Below, piece by piece: positions 12,804-25,823 of a stretch of 64,000 nucleotides of DNA. This DNA comes from Vitrella brassicaformis CCMP3155 (taxonomy: Eukaryota; Protista; Chromerida). Below the pieces are notes generated by a model. That model saw only the letters and a program-made list of their open reading frames with translations, was not told the origin of the DNA and did no database searches. Made by a program: the position numbers and the translations under genes. Each line of letters begins with the position of its first letter. Position 1 is the stretch's first letter. The stretch is taken from the NCBI GenBank assembly GCA_001179505.1, contig CDMY01000289.1:1-64000 (forward strand), in the 5' to 3' direction.

Positions 12804-14446
12804 TGTGTGTGTGTAGAAGGCTTCACGTACCCCCTCCTCGTCGGTGCGGATGCGTTTGGGTGGCGGCTGGTCGTCGCCCGTGAGCATGACGAGACTCCTG
12901 CCCTTCCCCGTCCGGCTGTAGCTCACGCCCTCCCCCGTCTCGCGCACCGTCAATGTCAACGCGCTCTCACCGACGACACCCGGCCCCTCATTGGGCGCGG
13001 CGACAGGCGTCACGCTAGCAGCAGCAGCAGGTGGTGCTGGTGCTGGTGCTGGAGGGGCTGCTGAAGGTCCAGACCTGCAGCAGACAGAGAGGTCCATTCA
13101 TGTGGATTGCCCAGCCTTCCTTCGCACACGCACCCGTTCTCCGGGCCATTCTCGTTATTTCCGTTGTCCATGTCGGCATCTTTGGCATCGCTGGCATCCT
13201 CATTGTCGCCGCCCCCACCAGCAGCCGCAGCCATGAGCCTTTCCTTCAGACGTCTGGCCGCCTCCTCATTGGGGTTGTTGGCCATGGGGGCTGCCGGTGG
13301 TGGTGGTGGTGCTGGTGGAGGGATGGGTTTGGTGGCTGGGAAGAGGGGCTCGTTCTTTGAAGGCTTGACGACCACCTGGCGAGTGGCCTCCTGGTCGCGC
13401 AGGGCCGCCTCGCGACGCTGACGATCTCGCTCCTGCAACACACACACCAACAGAGAGAGAGAGAGCGAGAGAGAGATGGATGCACGTGTGTGGGTGTAGG
13501 TGTGGGAGGGGTGGTGGGGTGGGGCTGCGTACCTTCTTGATGAGGTCTCTGTGGAAGATTTCGTCTTCAACGCGTCCGAGGTATGTGACGAACTGTGCGA
13601 CCTGCGGGATGTTGACCTCTCCCTCGTTGGTAAGGTAGTCTCCCAACACCGGCAGCACCTACACACACACACACACACACCACATGTGTGTGCCCCGCGG
13701 GGATGCGATCGATGCCTCCGCACTCAACTCACTCACCTGCATGTATAGGTCGACTGCACACACACGAGACAGAGAAGGAAGAGGACAGAAACACGTGTGT
13801 GTTGTGTCCTCTCATCGGGTGCGTGCCCGTCATTGATTCGTTCCCCAACTCCCTCACCCATCTGGTCGATGCTGCCCTTGTGGATGGAGAGCGACGGCAG
13901 GTGCGGGAGGAAGTCGTTCCCGACGAAGAAACACATGAACACAAAGTCGTCGATGCACCGCTCCAAGTCGTACGCAAAGGGCAGCTGCCGCGGCTGCTCC
14001 CCCGTGCCCGCCTTGGCACGCGCCTCGCGCTTCTAAAGCCCCCCACACACACAGAGAGACAGAGAGACAGAGAAAGATGACCACAGACACGTGAAGCGCA
14101 CGGTGTCTGTCGAGGGACAGCGTACGTGGAAGTCGAGCTCGAAGCTGAGGTAGTCTCTGAGGACGGGGATGCGGAGGATCTGGAAGGGCTTCCACGTCAT
14201 GGCCTTCTTCTCCGCCTCGTCGGCCTCGTCAGCACCCACACCCTGGCCCGACTGACCCTGAGAGAGAGGGGGTTTGGATGTGTCAGGAGTGAAGACGATC
14301 TCGCGTATGATGAAGAAGTGGGCCTCGTGTGTGGCCAGGCCCAGCATGATCAGATCCGCATCGGCACCGTACAAACAGTGACGCAAATTAGCGTCATACC
14401 TGCACAGCACACCCATAAGAGGACCACACACACGCGTGTGTTTGGA

Positions 14447-14479
<33 letters not shown>

Positions 14480-15743
14480 TGTGTACCCAGGCTGCGATCT
14501 CTGCGCCCGTATGAATGCCATGATTTTGTGTTCGCCCTCCCCCGGGCTGTTGGCGTCGGAGAGGATGACCTTGATGCCCTTCCACGCCGGGTTGCTGATC
14601 ATGCGATCGTGGATGTAGTAGCTTAGGGGCACACACAACAAAACAAACACAGTGCGACAGACACGATGAGATGAATGTGCAGGGCAGGTGTTGTGTTGTG
14701 TGTGGGCGTGTGGTTGGCTACTTACTGGAGAGCGATTGAGAGCCGGTGCATGAAGGGTGTGCCGGGGGTGATGACGTTGCTGTCCCAGTGCTCCTTCGGA
14801 GGCGGGATCTCGCGACCATCTGACCGACCGACCGGTCATACAATCACAATCACACCATCCGTCCATCCATGTGTGTCCGCACCGCGTGTGCGCATCTCGC
14901 GCGTGTGTGTTGTGTGCGGGTGCGGTGCATACGTACCCTTTTCGAACTGTTCCTTGAGCAGGGTGTACTGCTCCTCCTGTATCTGGGCCTCCTGTGCGGC
15001 CTTGAACCGACGCGACCGCTGCTGATTCATCTTGGCACGGGGCGCCACGCCATCTGCCCACACGTGTGGGTGTCCATCCGTCGTGTCTGGCTGGCTGGCT
15101 GGCTGTCTGTCTGTATACCCTACCGATGGCCATGTAGAGCAGCTTCCGCGGCCGGATGATCGAAAACAGCCTGAGATGAGGAGGGCGGCAGGGGGAAAGG
15201 AGGACCAGCCAGCCAGTGATGAGTGTGCCACCCTTCTGAAGTGCCCCACACCACTGACTCCACTCACTTGTCAATGTAGTGGAACACGTTGAGGAACATG
15301 TGGTCCTCTGACTCAGGCGTCGGCTGCACACACACACACACACACACACACAGCACAGTGGACACGCCACATGTGTCACCCACCGTCTCGTTCTCTCTGC
15401 TCTGTGTGTGTCTGATCTGACCGAGTCCTCTGGGTGGCAGCAAGGGTGGATGATGCCGTTCATGTCGAGATACAGACAGTCGAACTCGCCATTGGGGTTG
15501 GGCTGCCGGTCATCCACTGGGATCACCGTGCCGTCGATGGACACACCTAAACACCACACCCACAGGCAGGCAGCAGCCAGATCAGATCGGCACACAGGAT
15601 GAAAACAAACAGATTGTCTGCGTGGCATATATTTGTGTGTATGTGTATGTGCAGTGCAGTGCACCTGAGTTGGGTTCCTGGGCGTCGACGACTATCTTTG
15701 GAAAGCGGACGCACAGCCACTTGAAGAACGTCGGAACTCCCAT
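9956..15743 (-). CDS. XRN2: 5'-3' exoribonuclease 2 (Rat1/XRN2), multi-exon, RGG/RS-rich tail
   Basis: [10 protein letters not shown] start; [124 protein letters not shown]. Confidence 0.96.
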
Positions 15744-15849
15744 GGCGCCACAACGCTACTCACTGAAACAACAAGCTAGCGACAATCGCAGTCACCACAT
15801 CGGGGCAGAAAAACCATCCTCACTCCCTTCTGCCCTTCCCCCTTTCCCT

Positions 15850-15859
15850 TGCGAGCTCA
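15850..15859 (+). promoter_or_regulatory. TGCGAGCTCA motif in the XRN2/MARCH-1 divergent promoter
   Basis: TGCGAGCTCAA; also retained upstream of MARCH copies 2 (18275) and 3 (21009) although the flanks differ. Confidence 0.6.
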
Positions 15860-15992
15860 ACGGCGCCCCGAGCTGACGCTGAGGAGTGTTTCTGATCTGC
15901 TCCCTCCGTTGGGCGTTGGGTGGGCAGTCTTCGACAGAGGACGATACTGTGAGGATTGTCTGTCTGTGATCTGGTGATCTGTACCCTCCTCG

Positions 15993-17633
15993 ATGGACGG
16001 CATCTCCCAGAGCCTGCTGAGTGGTGGCGAGAAGGCAGCGCACGCGAGCAGCTGCCGGTCGGGTGACGAAGAACAAGCCCGTGCAGCAGCAGAGCGTCAG
16101 CAGTCGGCCGGAATGAGCGCGTCGTCGCTTCTCTCCCAGATCTCACTCAAGATCTCAGTTTTCAGCCACGACTGTGACAGCAGCCGAGGAGGCGGGACAA
16201 GACAGCGCACAATGGCGGTGCTGTCCTGGCTGGCCCAGCCGGAGCCGGCCGCTGTGTGCCGATTCTGCCACTCGTGTGATGAGACTCCTGAGACCGGCAT
16301 ATTCTTGGCGCCTTGCGGCTGCCGAGGGACACTCAGATGGGTTCACAAGACGTGTCTGGGCGGCTGGGTGTGCGCTCCGGGGAGGAGGAGGAAGTCGCTG
16401 TGTGACGTCTGCCGGACGTGAGCTGGGTACACAGAGGTATCTGTGATTGATGTGCATTGGTTACCCTGTGTGTTGGTTCAGGCGTTATGACGTTGGTCCA
16501 CGCGGCCCTTTTCGTCTGCCTGTCGGCCTCATCCCAGACGCCATCTTGTCTGTCTCATACAGTTTATTGGCCTGTTTGCCGCTATTGGTAGGAGTCCTCT
16601 TCAGCTGCGACGACACCAACATAGTGGCCAGAGGGTTCCCTCTCCACCGAGTTATCTCCACGGCCATCTTGGTCGGCCTCACTCTAGGAGCGTTCGATTG
16701 GCTGGCGGGGCGGCAACATGGCGGCAGCTCTTCGCTGCGGTGTGGGGTGCGGATGGCCATCGCGTTTATCGCTACGGTTGCTGGCGCGCCACTGGCAGTG
16801 TTCGGCAACGACATGTGGGCAGCGGGCGGCGGGATTCGCGCCTGGGTTATGCGTGACGCGGTCTGCGACAAGACGAGATGGTTCTTGAGTATGTCGGCGA
16901 CTTATTATGTGTATTTGGTCCACGTATCCGCGATCTGCCTGCCCTACTGCCTGCTGAACGGCGAGAGGGTGCACCAGGCCACACGAGAGGCGCTATTGCG
17001 GCTGCGGCACCAACATGCTGCTGATCCTGGTGGACTCTTTATGGGCGTGGTGTCGCTCTACTTGAGGGAGGGGGCCTACTACGTACTGATAGCCACCTGG
17101 TCACTGCTGCATTTGGGGGTCTCAGCTGAGCTCTGGAGCCGATTCATCCCGACCTATGTGGTCGTCGCACTGCTCGTGGTCGGCTGTGTGTGGAAGCGGC
17201 AAGCGATGGGCCAGTCCAGTGGGCTCACGGAATGGTGCACAAGCCTCGCGGCAGGACATAGCCTCATCGTCGCCGTTAATGCCATGGGCATCTTGACCGT
17301 GCATCTCTTTCCCAAGGCCTTGTCGGCGATGGGGTTAGAGTGCATGTGGCTTAAGGTGGCGGTCGGTGCTGTGCTGGCCGGCTGTTATGGAATCTCCACT
17401 TACAAGGCACAACATGTCATGATCAGGTACGTCAGTAGCCCTGCCTGTGTCTGTGTCCATGGCCGTTTCACTGCCTGTCTCTGGCCCTCTCTCTCTCTGT
17501 GTGTGTGATGTGTGTTTGCCTGGCCTGCAGTGCTCCCTCTTATCGGCCCTTCGCGTATCTGCTACCGGGCGCATATGACGGGTACTTCGAGTCACAGAGT
17601 GCTGAGCAGAGGGCAACTGACGTGCCTGTGTGA
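15993..17633 (+). CDS. RING-CH (MARCH-type) multi-TM E3 ubiquitin ligase, copy 1
   Basis: C4HC3 RING-CH: CRFCH...PCGCRGTLRWVHKTCL...CDVC, followed by many hydrophobic segments; two GT-AG introns; stop TGA at 17631-17633. Confidence 0.9.
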
Positions 17634-18378
17634 TTCACGGAGACATATATATGCTGTCCGACCGATGCTGTCCGTAGGCAGGCAGCCTGTGTGTGGGGGA
17701 GGGCGAATGGTGTGGTGTATCTGTCTGCCGGCAGGAGGTCACGAGGGACTGACTGGACTGTCTGGCTATCTCCCCCTCTCGCCGTCTCTCCCTCTCTTTC
17801 TGCCTCCGTGTGTGTGTGTGTGTATGTGTAGCTTTATCATGATCATGGCCTTTTATCGTGATAGATCATGATCGAGACTGTGTATCGTAAGTTTCTGCAC
17901 TTGCCTTGCTGCCAATCCGATGGGTCGGTTGGCGGGTGTATTTGTATGTGTGTATACCTCGGTGGGCGGACATGATGACACACACACGTCCCGAACCGAT
18001 ATGGATGAATCCCGATTCCGATTGGATGAGTCGATGATAGACGGACGGGTCGGGCATGTTAGATATCCACACACGAGAGGCGAAGGACACATCTGTCTGT
18101 ACAGTACACGGCAGGCAGGCAGGCAGGCAGCTGAGAGAGAGAGCATCCGCGTACGCAGCCATCAATCAGTGCATGGAGACGGGGAGAGCAGAGAAAACTG
18201 GAAAGACGCGCACGGCAAGTGAGTCAAATAGAAACGATGAATGTCATGTCACGGGCACACCACCCGCTTCCCCCTGCGAGCTCAATGGCGACCTTCACCG
18301 AGGACGTTTGTACGCTCGTTCGTCGGTAGAGGACGATACTGAGGATTGTTGTCTGTCTGTGATCTGTACCCTCCTTTG

Positions 18379-20236
18379 ATGGACGGCATCTCCCAGAGCC
18401 TGCTGAGTGGTGGCGAGAAGGCAGCGCACGCGAGCAGCTGCCGGTCGGGTGATGAAGAACAAGCCCGTGCAGCAGCAGAGCGTCAGCAGTCAGCCGGAAT
18501 GAGAGCGTCGTCGCTTCTCTCCCAGATCTCACTCAAGATCTCAGTTTTCAGCCACGACTGTGACAGCAGCCGAGGAGGCGGGACAAGACAGCGNNNNNNN
18601 NNNNNNNNNNNNNNNNNNNNNNNNNNNNNNNNNNNNNNNNNNNNNNNNNNNNNNNNNNNNNNNNNNNNNNNNNNNNNNNNNNNNNNNNNNNNNNNNNNNN
18701 NNNNNNNNNNNNNNNNNNNNNNNNNNNNNNNNNNNNNNNNNNNNNNNNNNNNNNNNNNNNNNNNNNNNNNNNNNNNNNNNNNNNNNNNNNNNNNNNNNNN
18801 NNNNNNNNNNNNNNNNNNNNNNNNNNNNNNNNNNNNNNNNNNNNNNNNNNNNNNNNNNNNNNNNNNNNNNNNNNNNNNNNNNNNNNNNNNNNNTGAGACC
18901 GGCATATTCTTGGCGCCTTGCGGCTGCCGAGGGACACTCAGATGGGTGCACAAGGCGTGTCTGGGCGGATGGGTGTGCGCTCCGGGGAGGAGGAAGGCAC
19001 TGTGTGACGTCTGCCGGACGTGAGTTGGTACACAGAGGTATCTGTGATTGATGTGCATTGGTTACCCGGCGTGTGTTGGTTCAGGCGTTATGACGTTGGT
19101 CCGCGCGGCCCTTTTCGTCTGCCTGTCGGCCTCATCCCAGACGCCATCATGTCTGTCTCATACAATTTATTGGGTTGTTTGCCGCTATTGGTAGGAGTCC
19201 CCTTTAGCTGCGACGATGACACCAACATACTAGGCAGAGGGTTCCCTCTCCACCGAGTTATCTCCACGGCCATCTTGGTCGGCCTCACTCTAGGAGCGTT
19301 CGATTGGCTGGCGGGGCGGCAACATGGTGGCAGTGCTTCGCTGCGGTGTGGCGTGCGGATGGCCATCGCGTTTATCTCTACGGTTGCTGGCGCGCCACTG
19401 GCAGTGTTCGGCACCGAGATGTGGGCAGCGGGCGGCGGACTTCGCGCCTGGCTTATGCTTGAGGCGGTCTGCGACAAGCCGAGATGGTTCTTGAGTGCAT
19501 CGGTGCTTTATTATTTTTATTTGTTCTGCATATCTGCGACCTTCCTGCCCTACTGCCTGCTGAACGGTCGGAGGGTGCACCAGGCCACACGAGAGGCGCT
19601 ATTGCGGCTGCGGCACCAACATGCTGCTTCTGGTGGTGGCGGTGGCTTCCCTGCGGGCTATGTGTCGCTCTACTTGAGGGACGGGGCCTACTACGTACTG
19701 ATAGCCACCTGGTCACTGCTGCATTTGGGGGTCTCAGCTGAGCTCTGGAGCCGATTCATCTCGACCTATGTCGTCGCCACACTGCTGGTGGCCGGCTGTG
19801 TGAGGAAGCGGCACGCGATGGGCCAGCCGAGTGCGCCCACGGAATGGTGCAGAAGCCTCGCGCCGCTCCTTGTCGGCGTCGCCGCTAATGCCATGTGCAA
19901 CTTGACCATGTATCTCTTCGCCAAGGCCTTTTCAGCGATGGGTGTAGAGTGCATGTGGCTTAAGGTGGCGGTCAGTGTTGTGCTGGTCGGCTGTTATGGA
20001 ATCTCCACTTACAAGGCTCAACATGTCATGATCAGGTACGTCAGTAGCCCTGCCTGTGTCTGTCCATGGCCGTTTCACTGCCTGTCTCTGGCCCTCTCTC
20101 TCTCTGTGTGATGTGTGTTTGCCTGGCCTGCAGTGCTCCCTCTTATCGGCCCTTCGCGTATCTGCTACCGGGCGCATATGACGGTTACTTCGAGTCACAG
20201 AGTGCTGAGCAGAGGGCAACTGACGTGCCTGTGTGA
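18379..20236 (+). CDS. RING-CH multi-TM E3 ligase, copy 2 (gap in the RING exon)
   Basis: Paralog of copy 1 with the same exon structure and an intact frame outside the gap. Confidence 0.88.
18594..18893. other. Assembly gap (300 N)
   Basis: Replaces about 81 bp by comparison with copy 1 (16208-16288). Confidence 0.99.
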
Positions 20237-21112
20237 TTGACGAGGACATATGCTGATCGACCGATGCTGTCCGTGGGCGGCAGCCTGTGTCGGGGGGAGG
20301 GCGAATGGTGTGGTGTATCTGTCTGCTGGTGGGAGGTCATGGGTGACTGACTGGACTGTCTGGCTATGTCCCCCTCTCGCCGTCTCTCCCTCTCTTTCTG
20401 CATGTGTGTGTATGTGTAGCTTTATCATGATCATGGCCTTTTATCGTGGTAGATCATGATAGAGACTGTGTATCGTAAGTTTCTGCACTTGTTTTGCCAA
20501 TGGGTTGGTGCGGTGGGGGGGCGGGTGTATTTACTTGGATGTGTGTATGCCGAGGCACGACAGAAAAATGCACGACATCTGTCTGTACAGTACACGGCCA
20601 TTCAGGGACGCGCGTGAGTCAGGCAGTCAGTCAGTCAGACAGCTGAGAGAGAGGGAGAGAGAGAGAGAGAGAGCATCCCCGTACGCAGCCATCAATCAGT
20701 GTATGGAGACGGAGACAGCAGAGAAAACTCAGTCTGGAAAGATGCGCACGGCAAGTAAGTCAAACTTTTTCCGCTTGCAGCAGCGGTTTCAGGGAGCACC
20801 CTAGGGGGCCTGACGGCCAAGTCTCCTTGTGGGTCCACGCAACATGCAGCACGCAGAGGGCAGATGCAGCAAACAGGTGGATGTGGAATGCGCTGCTAAA
20901 GACGGCAACATACAAGCAGGCACACAACGTCGCACACACGCCACCCCAGCAACCTGAAGGCGGCGTGCGTGCGTGCGTGGTACACCAAACGCCTTTTCCG
21001 CTTGCCCGTGCGAGCTCAATGGCGAATGACAGAGATCGCACCGGGGAGGGCAGACTGTGAGGAAACCACCACCACAGACTGTGAGGATTGTCTGTGATCT
21101 GTACCCTCCTCG

Positions 21113-22956
21113 ATGGACGGCATCTCCCAGAGCCTGCTGAGTGGTGGCGAGAAGGCAGCGCACGCGAGCAGCTGCCGGTCGGGTGATGAAGAACAAGCCC
21201 GTGCAGCAGCAGAGCGTCAGCAGTCAGCCGGAATGAGAGCGTCGTCGCTTCTCTCCCAGATCTCACTCAAGATCTCAGTTTTCAGCCACGACTGTGACAG
21301 CAGCCGAGGAGGCGGGANNNNNNNNNNNNNNNNNNNNNNNNNNNNNNNNNNNNNNNNNNNNNNNNNNNNNNNNNNNNNNNNNNNNNNNNNNNNNNNNNNN
21401 NNNNNNNNNNNNNNNNNNNNNNNNNNNNNNNNNNNNNNNNNNNNNNNNNNNNNNNNNNNNNNNNNNNNNNNNNNNNNNNNNNNNNNNNNNNNNNNNNNNN
21501 NNNNNNNNNNNNNNNNNNNNNNNNNNNNNNNNNNNNNNNNNNNNNNNNNNNNNNNNNNNNNNNNNNNNNNNNNNNNNNNNNNNNNNNNNNNNNNNNNNNN
21601 NNNNNNNNNNNNNNNNNTGAGACCGGCATATTCTTGGCGCCTTGCGGCTGCCGAGGGACACTCAGATGGGTGCACAAGGCGTGTCTGGGCGGATGGGTGT
21701 GCGCTCCGGGGAGGAGGAAGGCGCTGTGTGACGTCTGCCGGACGTGAGTTGGTACACAGAGGTATCTGTGATTGATGTGCATTGGTTACCCGGTGTGTGT
21801 TGGTTCAGGCGTTATGACGTTGGTCCGCGCGGCCCTTTTCGTCTGCCTGTCGGCCTCATCCCAGACGCCATCTTGTCTGTCTCATACAGTTTATTGGGGT
21901 GTTTGCCGCTATTGGTAGGAGTCCTCTTTGGCCTTGACGACACCAACATACTGGCCAGAGGGTTCCCTCTCCACCGAGTTATCTCCACGGCCATCTTGGT
22001 CGGCCTCACTCTAGAGCGTTCGATTGGCTGGCGGGGCGGCAACATGGTGGCAGTGCTTCGCTGCGGTGTGGGGTGCGGATGGCCATCGCGTTTATCGCTA
22101 CGGTTGCTGGCGCGCCACTGGCAGTGTTCGGCACCGAGATGTGGGCAGCGGGCGGCGGACTGCGCGCCTGGCTTATGCGTGACGCGGTCTGCGACAAGAC
22201 GAGATGGTTCTTGGGTGTATCGGTGCTTTATTATGTGTATTTGTTCTTCGCATCCGCGATCTGCCTGCCCTACTGCCTGCTGAACGGTCGGAGGGTGCAC
22301 CAGGCCGCCCGAGAGGCGCTATTGCGGCTGCGGCACCAACATGCTGCTGCTAGTGGTGGCGGTGGCTTCTCTGCGGGCTATGTGTCGCTCTACTTGAGGG
22401 AGGGGGCCTACTGCGTACTGATAGCCACCTGGTCACTGCTGCATTTGGGGGTCTCAGCTGAGCTCTGGAGCCGATTCATCTCGACCTATGTCGTCGCCGC
22501 ACTGCTGGTGGCCGGCTGTGTGAGGAAGCGGCACGCGATGGTCCAGTCGAGTGCGCTCACGGAATGGTGCAGAAGCCTCGCGCCGCTCCTTGTCGGCGTC
22601 GCTGCTAATGCCGTGTGCAACTTGACCATGTATCTCTTTCCCAAGGCCTTGTCGGCGATGGGGGTAGAGTGCAAGTGGCTTAAGGTGGCGGTCAATGCTG
22701 TGCTGGCCGGCTCTTATCTTATCTTCATCTTCATGGCTCAACATGTCATGACCAGGTACGTCAGTAGCCCTGCCTGTGTCTGTCCATGGCCGTTTCACTG
22801 CCTGTCTCTGGCCCTCTCTCTCTGTGTGTGATGTGTGTTTGCCTGGCCTGCAGTGCTCCCCCTCATCGGCCGATCGCGTATCTGCTGCCGGGAGCGTATG
22901 ACGGTTACTTCGAGTCACAGAGTGCTGAGCAGAGGGTAACTGACGTGCCTGTGTGA
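21113..22956 (+). pseudogene. RING-CH multi-TM E3 ligase, copy 3, 1-bp frameshift (pseudogene or assembly error)
   Basis: ctctagagcgtt at ~22010-22020 versus ctctaggagcgtt in copies 1 and 2; the TM region is split between ORFs 21744-22283 and 22073-22831. Confidence 0.75.
21318..21617. other. Assembly gap (300 N)
   Basis: Replaces about 91 bp by comparison with copy 1 (16198-16288). Confidence 0.99.
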
Positions 22957-23582
22957 TTGACGAGTGTGTCGGGGGGAGGGCGAATGGTGTGGTGTATCTG
23001 TCTGCCGGCAGGAGGTCAGGGGTGACTGACTGGACTGTCTGGCTATCTCTATCTCTCTCTGTGCCTCCGTATACACGTGTGTGTGTAGCTCTATCTATCG
23101 TGATGGATCATGATAGAGACTGTGTATCCTAAGCTTCTGTCTGCTCTTGCCTCGGTGGGGGGGCGGGTGTATTTGTTTGTGTGTGTGTATACCTCACCTC
23201 GGTGGGCGAACCGGACATGATGACACACACATGTCCCGAACCGATATGGATGGATGAGTCGATGATAGACGGACGGGTCGGGCATGTTAGGTATCCACAC
23301 ACGCGAAGCGAAGGACACATCTGTCTGTACAGTACACGGCAGGCAGGCAGGCAGGCAGCTGAGAGAGACAGAGCATCCGCGTACGCAGCCATCAATCAGT
23401 GCATGGAGACGGGGAGAGCAGAGAAAACTGGAAAGATGCGCACGGCAAGTCAATCAAATAGATACGAGTGACTTGGTGGATACAAAGCCCGTCATGTCAT
23501 GTGTATGCACACCCCACCCATCCACGAGAGTGAGCAGCATCTTCCCCAACACGTCCCCATCTCTGTCCGTCCCTACACCCCT

Positions 23583-25823
23583 TCACCTGCCCCTCCCCAG
23601 CTTATCCTCAACATGCTCCCGCAGCCTCGCAAGCTCCTCCGCACGTTCGCACGCCTCAGCCCCCGCCCGCCTGGCGCGGCTCTCGTGCCGACGCGCCTCC
23701 TCGATCGCCGCACACACATCCACACGCAGCCTCCTGAGGCCACTGTGAGAGCGCTCCGAGTCCACAGCCGACTGAGACAGGCTGCATACGACACAAGGGA
23801 GACATTGATGTGTGTTAGGGGTGTGTGTGTGTGTGGCAGACTTGTGAAAGGGCTGGGGGCGGTAGGTGTGCAAGAGGGGCTCCAGTCGGTCTATGTCGGG
23901 CTCTGCGGCGTCCAGACACTGCTGGGCCCTCTCGCTATCGCTGGAAGCCCGCTGATACCTGCATGGACCGCACGGACACACCAACATTGGTGGGTGGGTG
24001 GATGTCCTGGCTGGCTGGTTCCCTGCCCGCTCACTTCTGCTGCTGCACGCGTGTGAGTCCCTCCTCCCTGCGGATCTCGCCCTCTACTTGTGCCAACTCA
24101 GCCTCCAGATCAGCAATCCTGCACACGCCCACGCGGGCAGAGGCTCACAGGCAATGAGTGGCTGGTGGAGGAGAAGGCGTCTGCGGCTGACCTGCGCCTC
24201 GTATCGGAGTCCTCCTCGTCGTTGCGATCCGCCGGTCCAGGCTCGTCCGGCGCTCCCGGCCAATCATCCACCTCAGTCTGAGAGCCGATACAGGCATGGC
24301 ATGGGTACGTGCACCAGTGGTGTCTGCCTGCCTTTGGCACACGCACCTCCTCATGCCGCCTTCTTGGATGCACGTTCCGTGGTCCATCGTTGGCACGTCG
24401 GTCCGCATGACCATCCCTGCAGGCACAACGCGGCGCGTCGATGTGTGCATGCGGTGCTTTCATGGATGTGGCTGGGTGGCGTACATGTGGGCGGACGGTG
24501 AGGGGCTGCCGAGTAAGCGATGGCCTGCGGCGGCCTGACGAGCCTGTGGGTCCACTGATACGATGGCCACCCTGACACACACACACACATGACATGGCTG
24601 ACGTGTGTTGCTCTGTGCGTCCCTCGCTCTTCCTTTACTAACCTTCCAGATAATTCATGCATGAAGACGAGCGTCCCGGTGCTGTCCGCCAGCCGCTCCT
24701 TGTCGTCGCTGTCCATCGCTGCCCCCACCGGCGGCAGCAGCAGCAGGACGTCCTCCCTGTCCCGCAGGTCCCTCCACAGGTCGCCGTCCTTGCCCTGCTC
24801 CCACAGCCCCTGCAGCCGGAGATACGCTATGGCAGCACGCCGCTCCTCGTACATCCCTGACATTAATTACGTGCAAGACGCGCACAGACACCATGCTAGG
24901 TAATTGGCACAGACACCATGTTAGATGGCATGTTGGGAGGGGGAGGCTCACCTCCGATCAGCAGGTGGTCTGCGACTCTCTCGACGCCGCACGCACGGGA
25001 CGCGCGAGCGATGCGCCTCGTGAGAGCGGCCATCCGCCCCTCGCCCATGCGACGGAACACGTGAAGGTCCTCATCCGACAACTGTATGCGGTCAATGGCC
25101 AGCTCGTCTCGCCGGCTGTGGCGGCTTCCTGTCCACCCTGACAGAAGGTACCCACAACCAAAGGACGTACGAATGCATACACAAGGCATGTTTGGAGTGT
25201 AGTGTTACGTGCAGAGGAGAATCCTAATGCTGCCGGGTGGTCGGAACTCTCAACCAGGCGCATCAAACGCAGCTGCGCGGCGATGCGGTCGCGCCTGACC
25301 GACACGACACGCAGTGTTTTCACTGATGGTTTGATGCTCATGTCATGGTGTTTTCCCGTCTTTCTCACCGGTTGGCTCCGAATATGGCTATGCCGCGCTG
25401 CCGAGACTCCTTGCTCTTGCCAGGTATCAGCAGACAGCCGCACTCGCGCATCAGACGGACAGCCGCGGCGCTCACAACACCACCGCCAGGACCGGCGGGC
25501 TCCCCTGAAGCGTCAAACACACACATACACAACAAGCCTGTATTCCTTATCTGTTGCCTGGCTGGCCACCCATGACGAGTCGAATGATATCTCTGTGCAC
25601 CGGGAGGAAGTCCAGGTTGCCGGTGTTGTCGGATTCCTTGAGGGATGCGGCGCCCCTCTCGACGTACTGCATCAGCAGCTTCATATACCTAAACGCCCTA
25701 GTGACGTCATCCTCCTGCTCGCCGCCGCTCACCGAGATGTCTGAATGAACGAGGAGGTCGGGGAGGGAGACAGCACCATCCACGGCACACACAGCACTCA
25801 CCCACCCATTCAATGCGCCGTAC
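23583..25823 (-). CDS. Hypothetical multi-exon protein with a C-terminal coiled coil; probably the 3' part of the CCCH gene
   Basis: In-frame exon chain DISVSGGEQEDDVTRAFRYMKLL / ERVADHLLIG|GMYEERRAAIAYLRLQ / IADLEAELAQVEGEIRREE / EEARRHESRARRAGAEACERAEELARLREHVEDK. Confidence 0.5.

Larger units (their letters stand above)
15840..23465 (+). repeat. Tandem triplication, unit ~2.4-2.7 kb
   Basis: Three near-identical blocks (about 15840-18230, 18260-20765, 21000-23465) including promoter, introns and 3' flank. Confidence 0.95.

Noticed and set aside
14230-14300. XRN2 lacks the CCHC knuckle found in animal XRN2 ([11 protein letters not shown] at that position)
   Set aside because: The knuckle is variably absent in other eukaryotic Rat1/XRN2 orthologs, so this is not novel.
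17836-17880. ATCATGAT-type palindromes and hairpin in the 3' flank of each MARCH copy
   Set aside because: Short, and conserved only because the whole unit is duplicated; no independent support for a structured RNA.
24884-24924. 17-bp tandem duplication cacagacaccatg(c/t)tag
   Set aside because: Lies inside an intron; ordinary slippage duplication.
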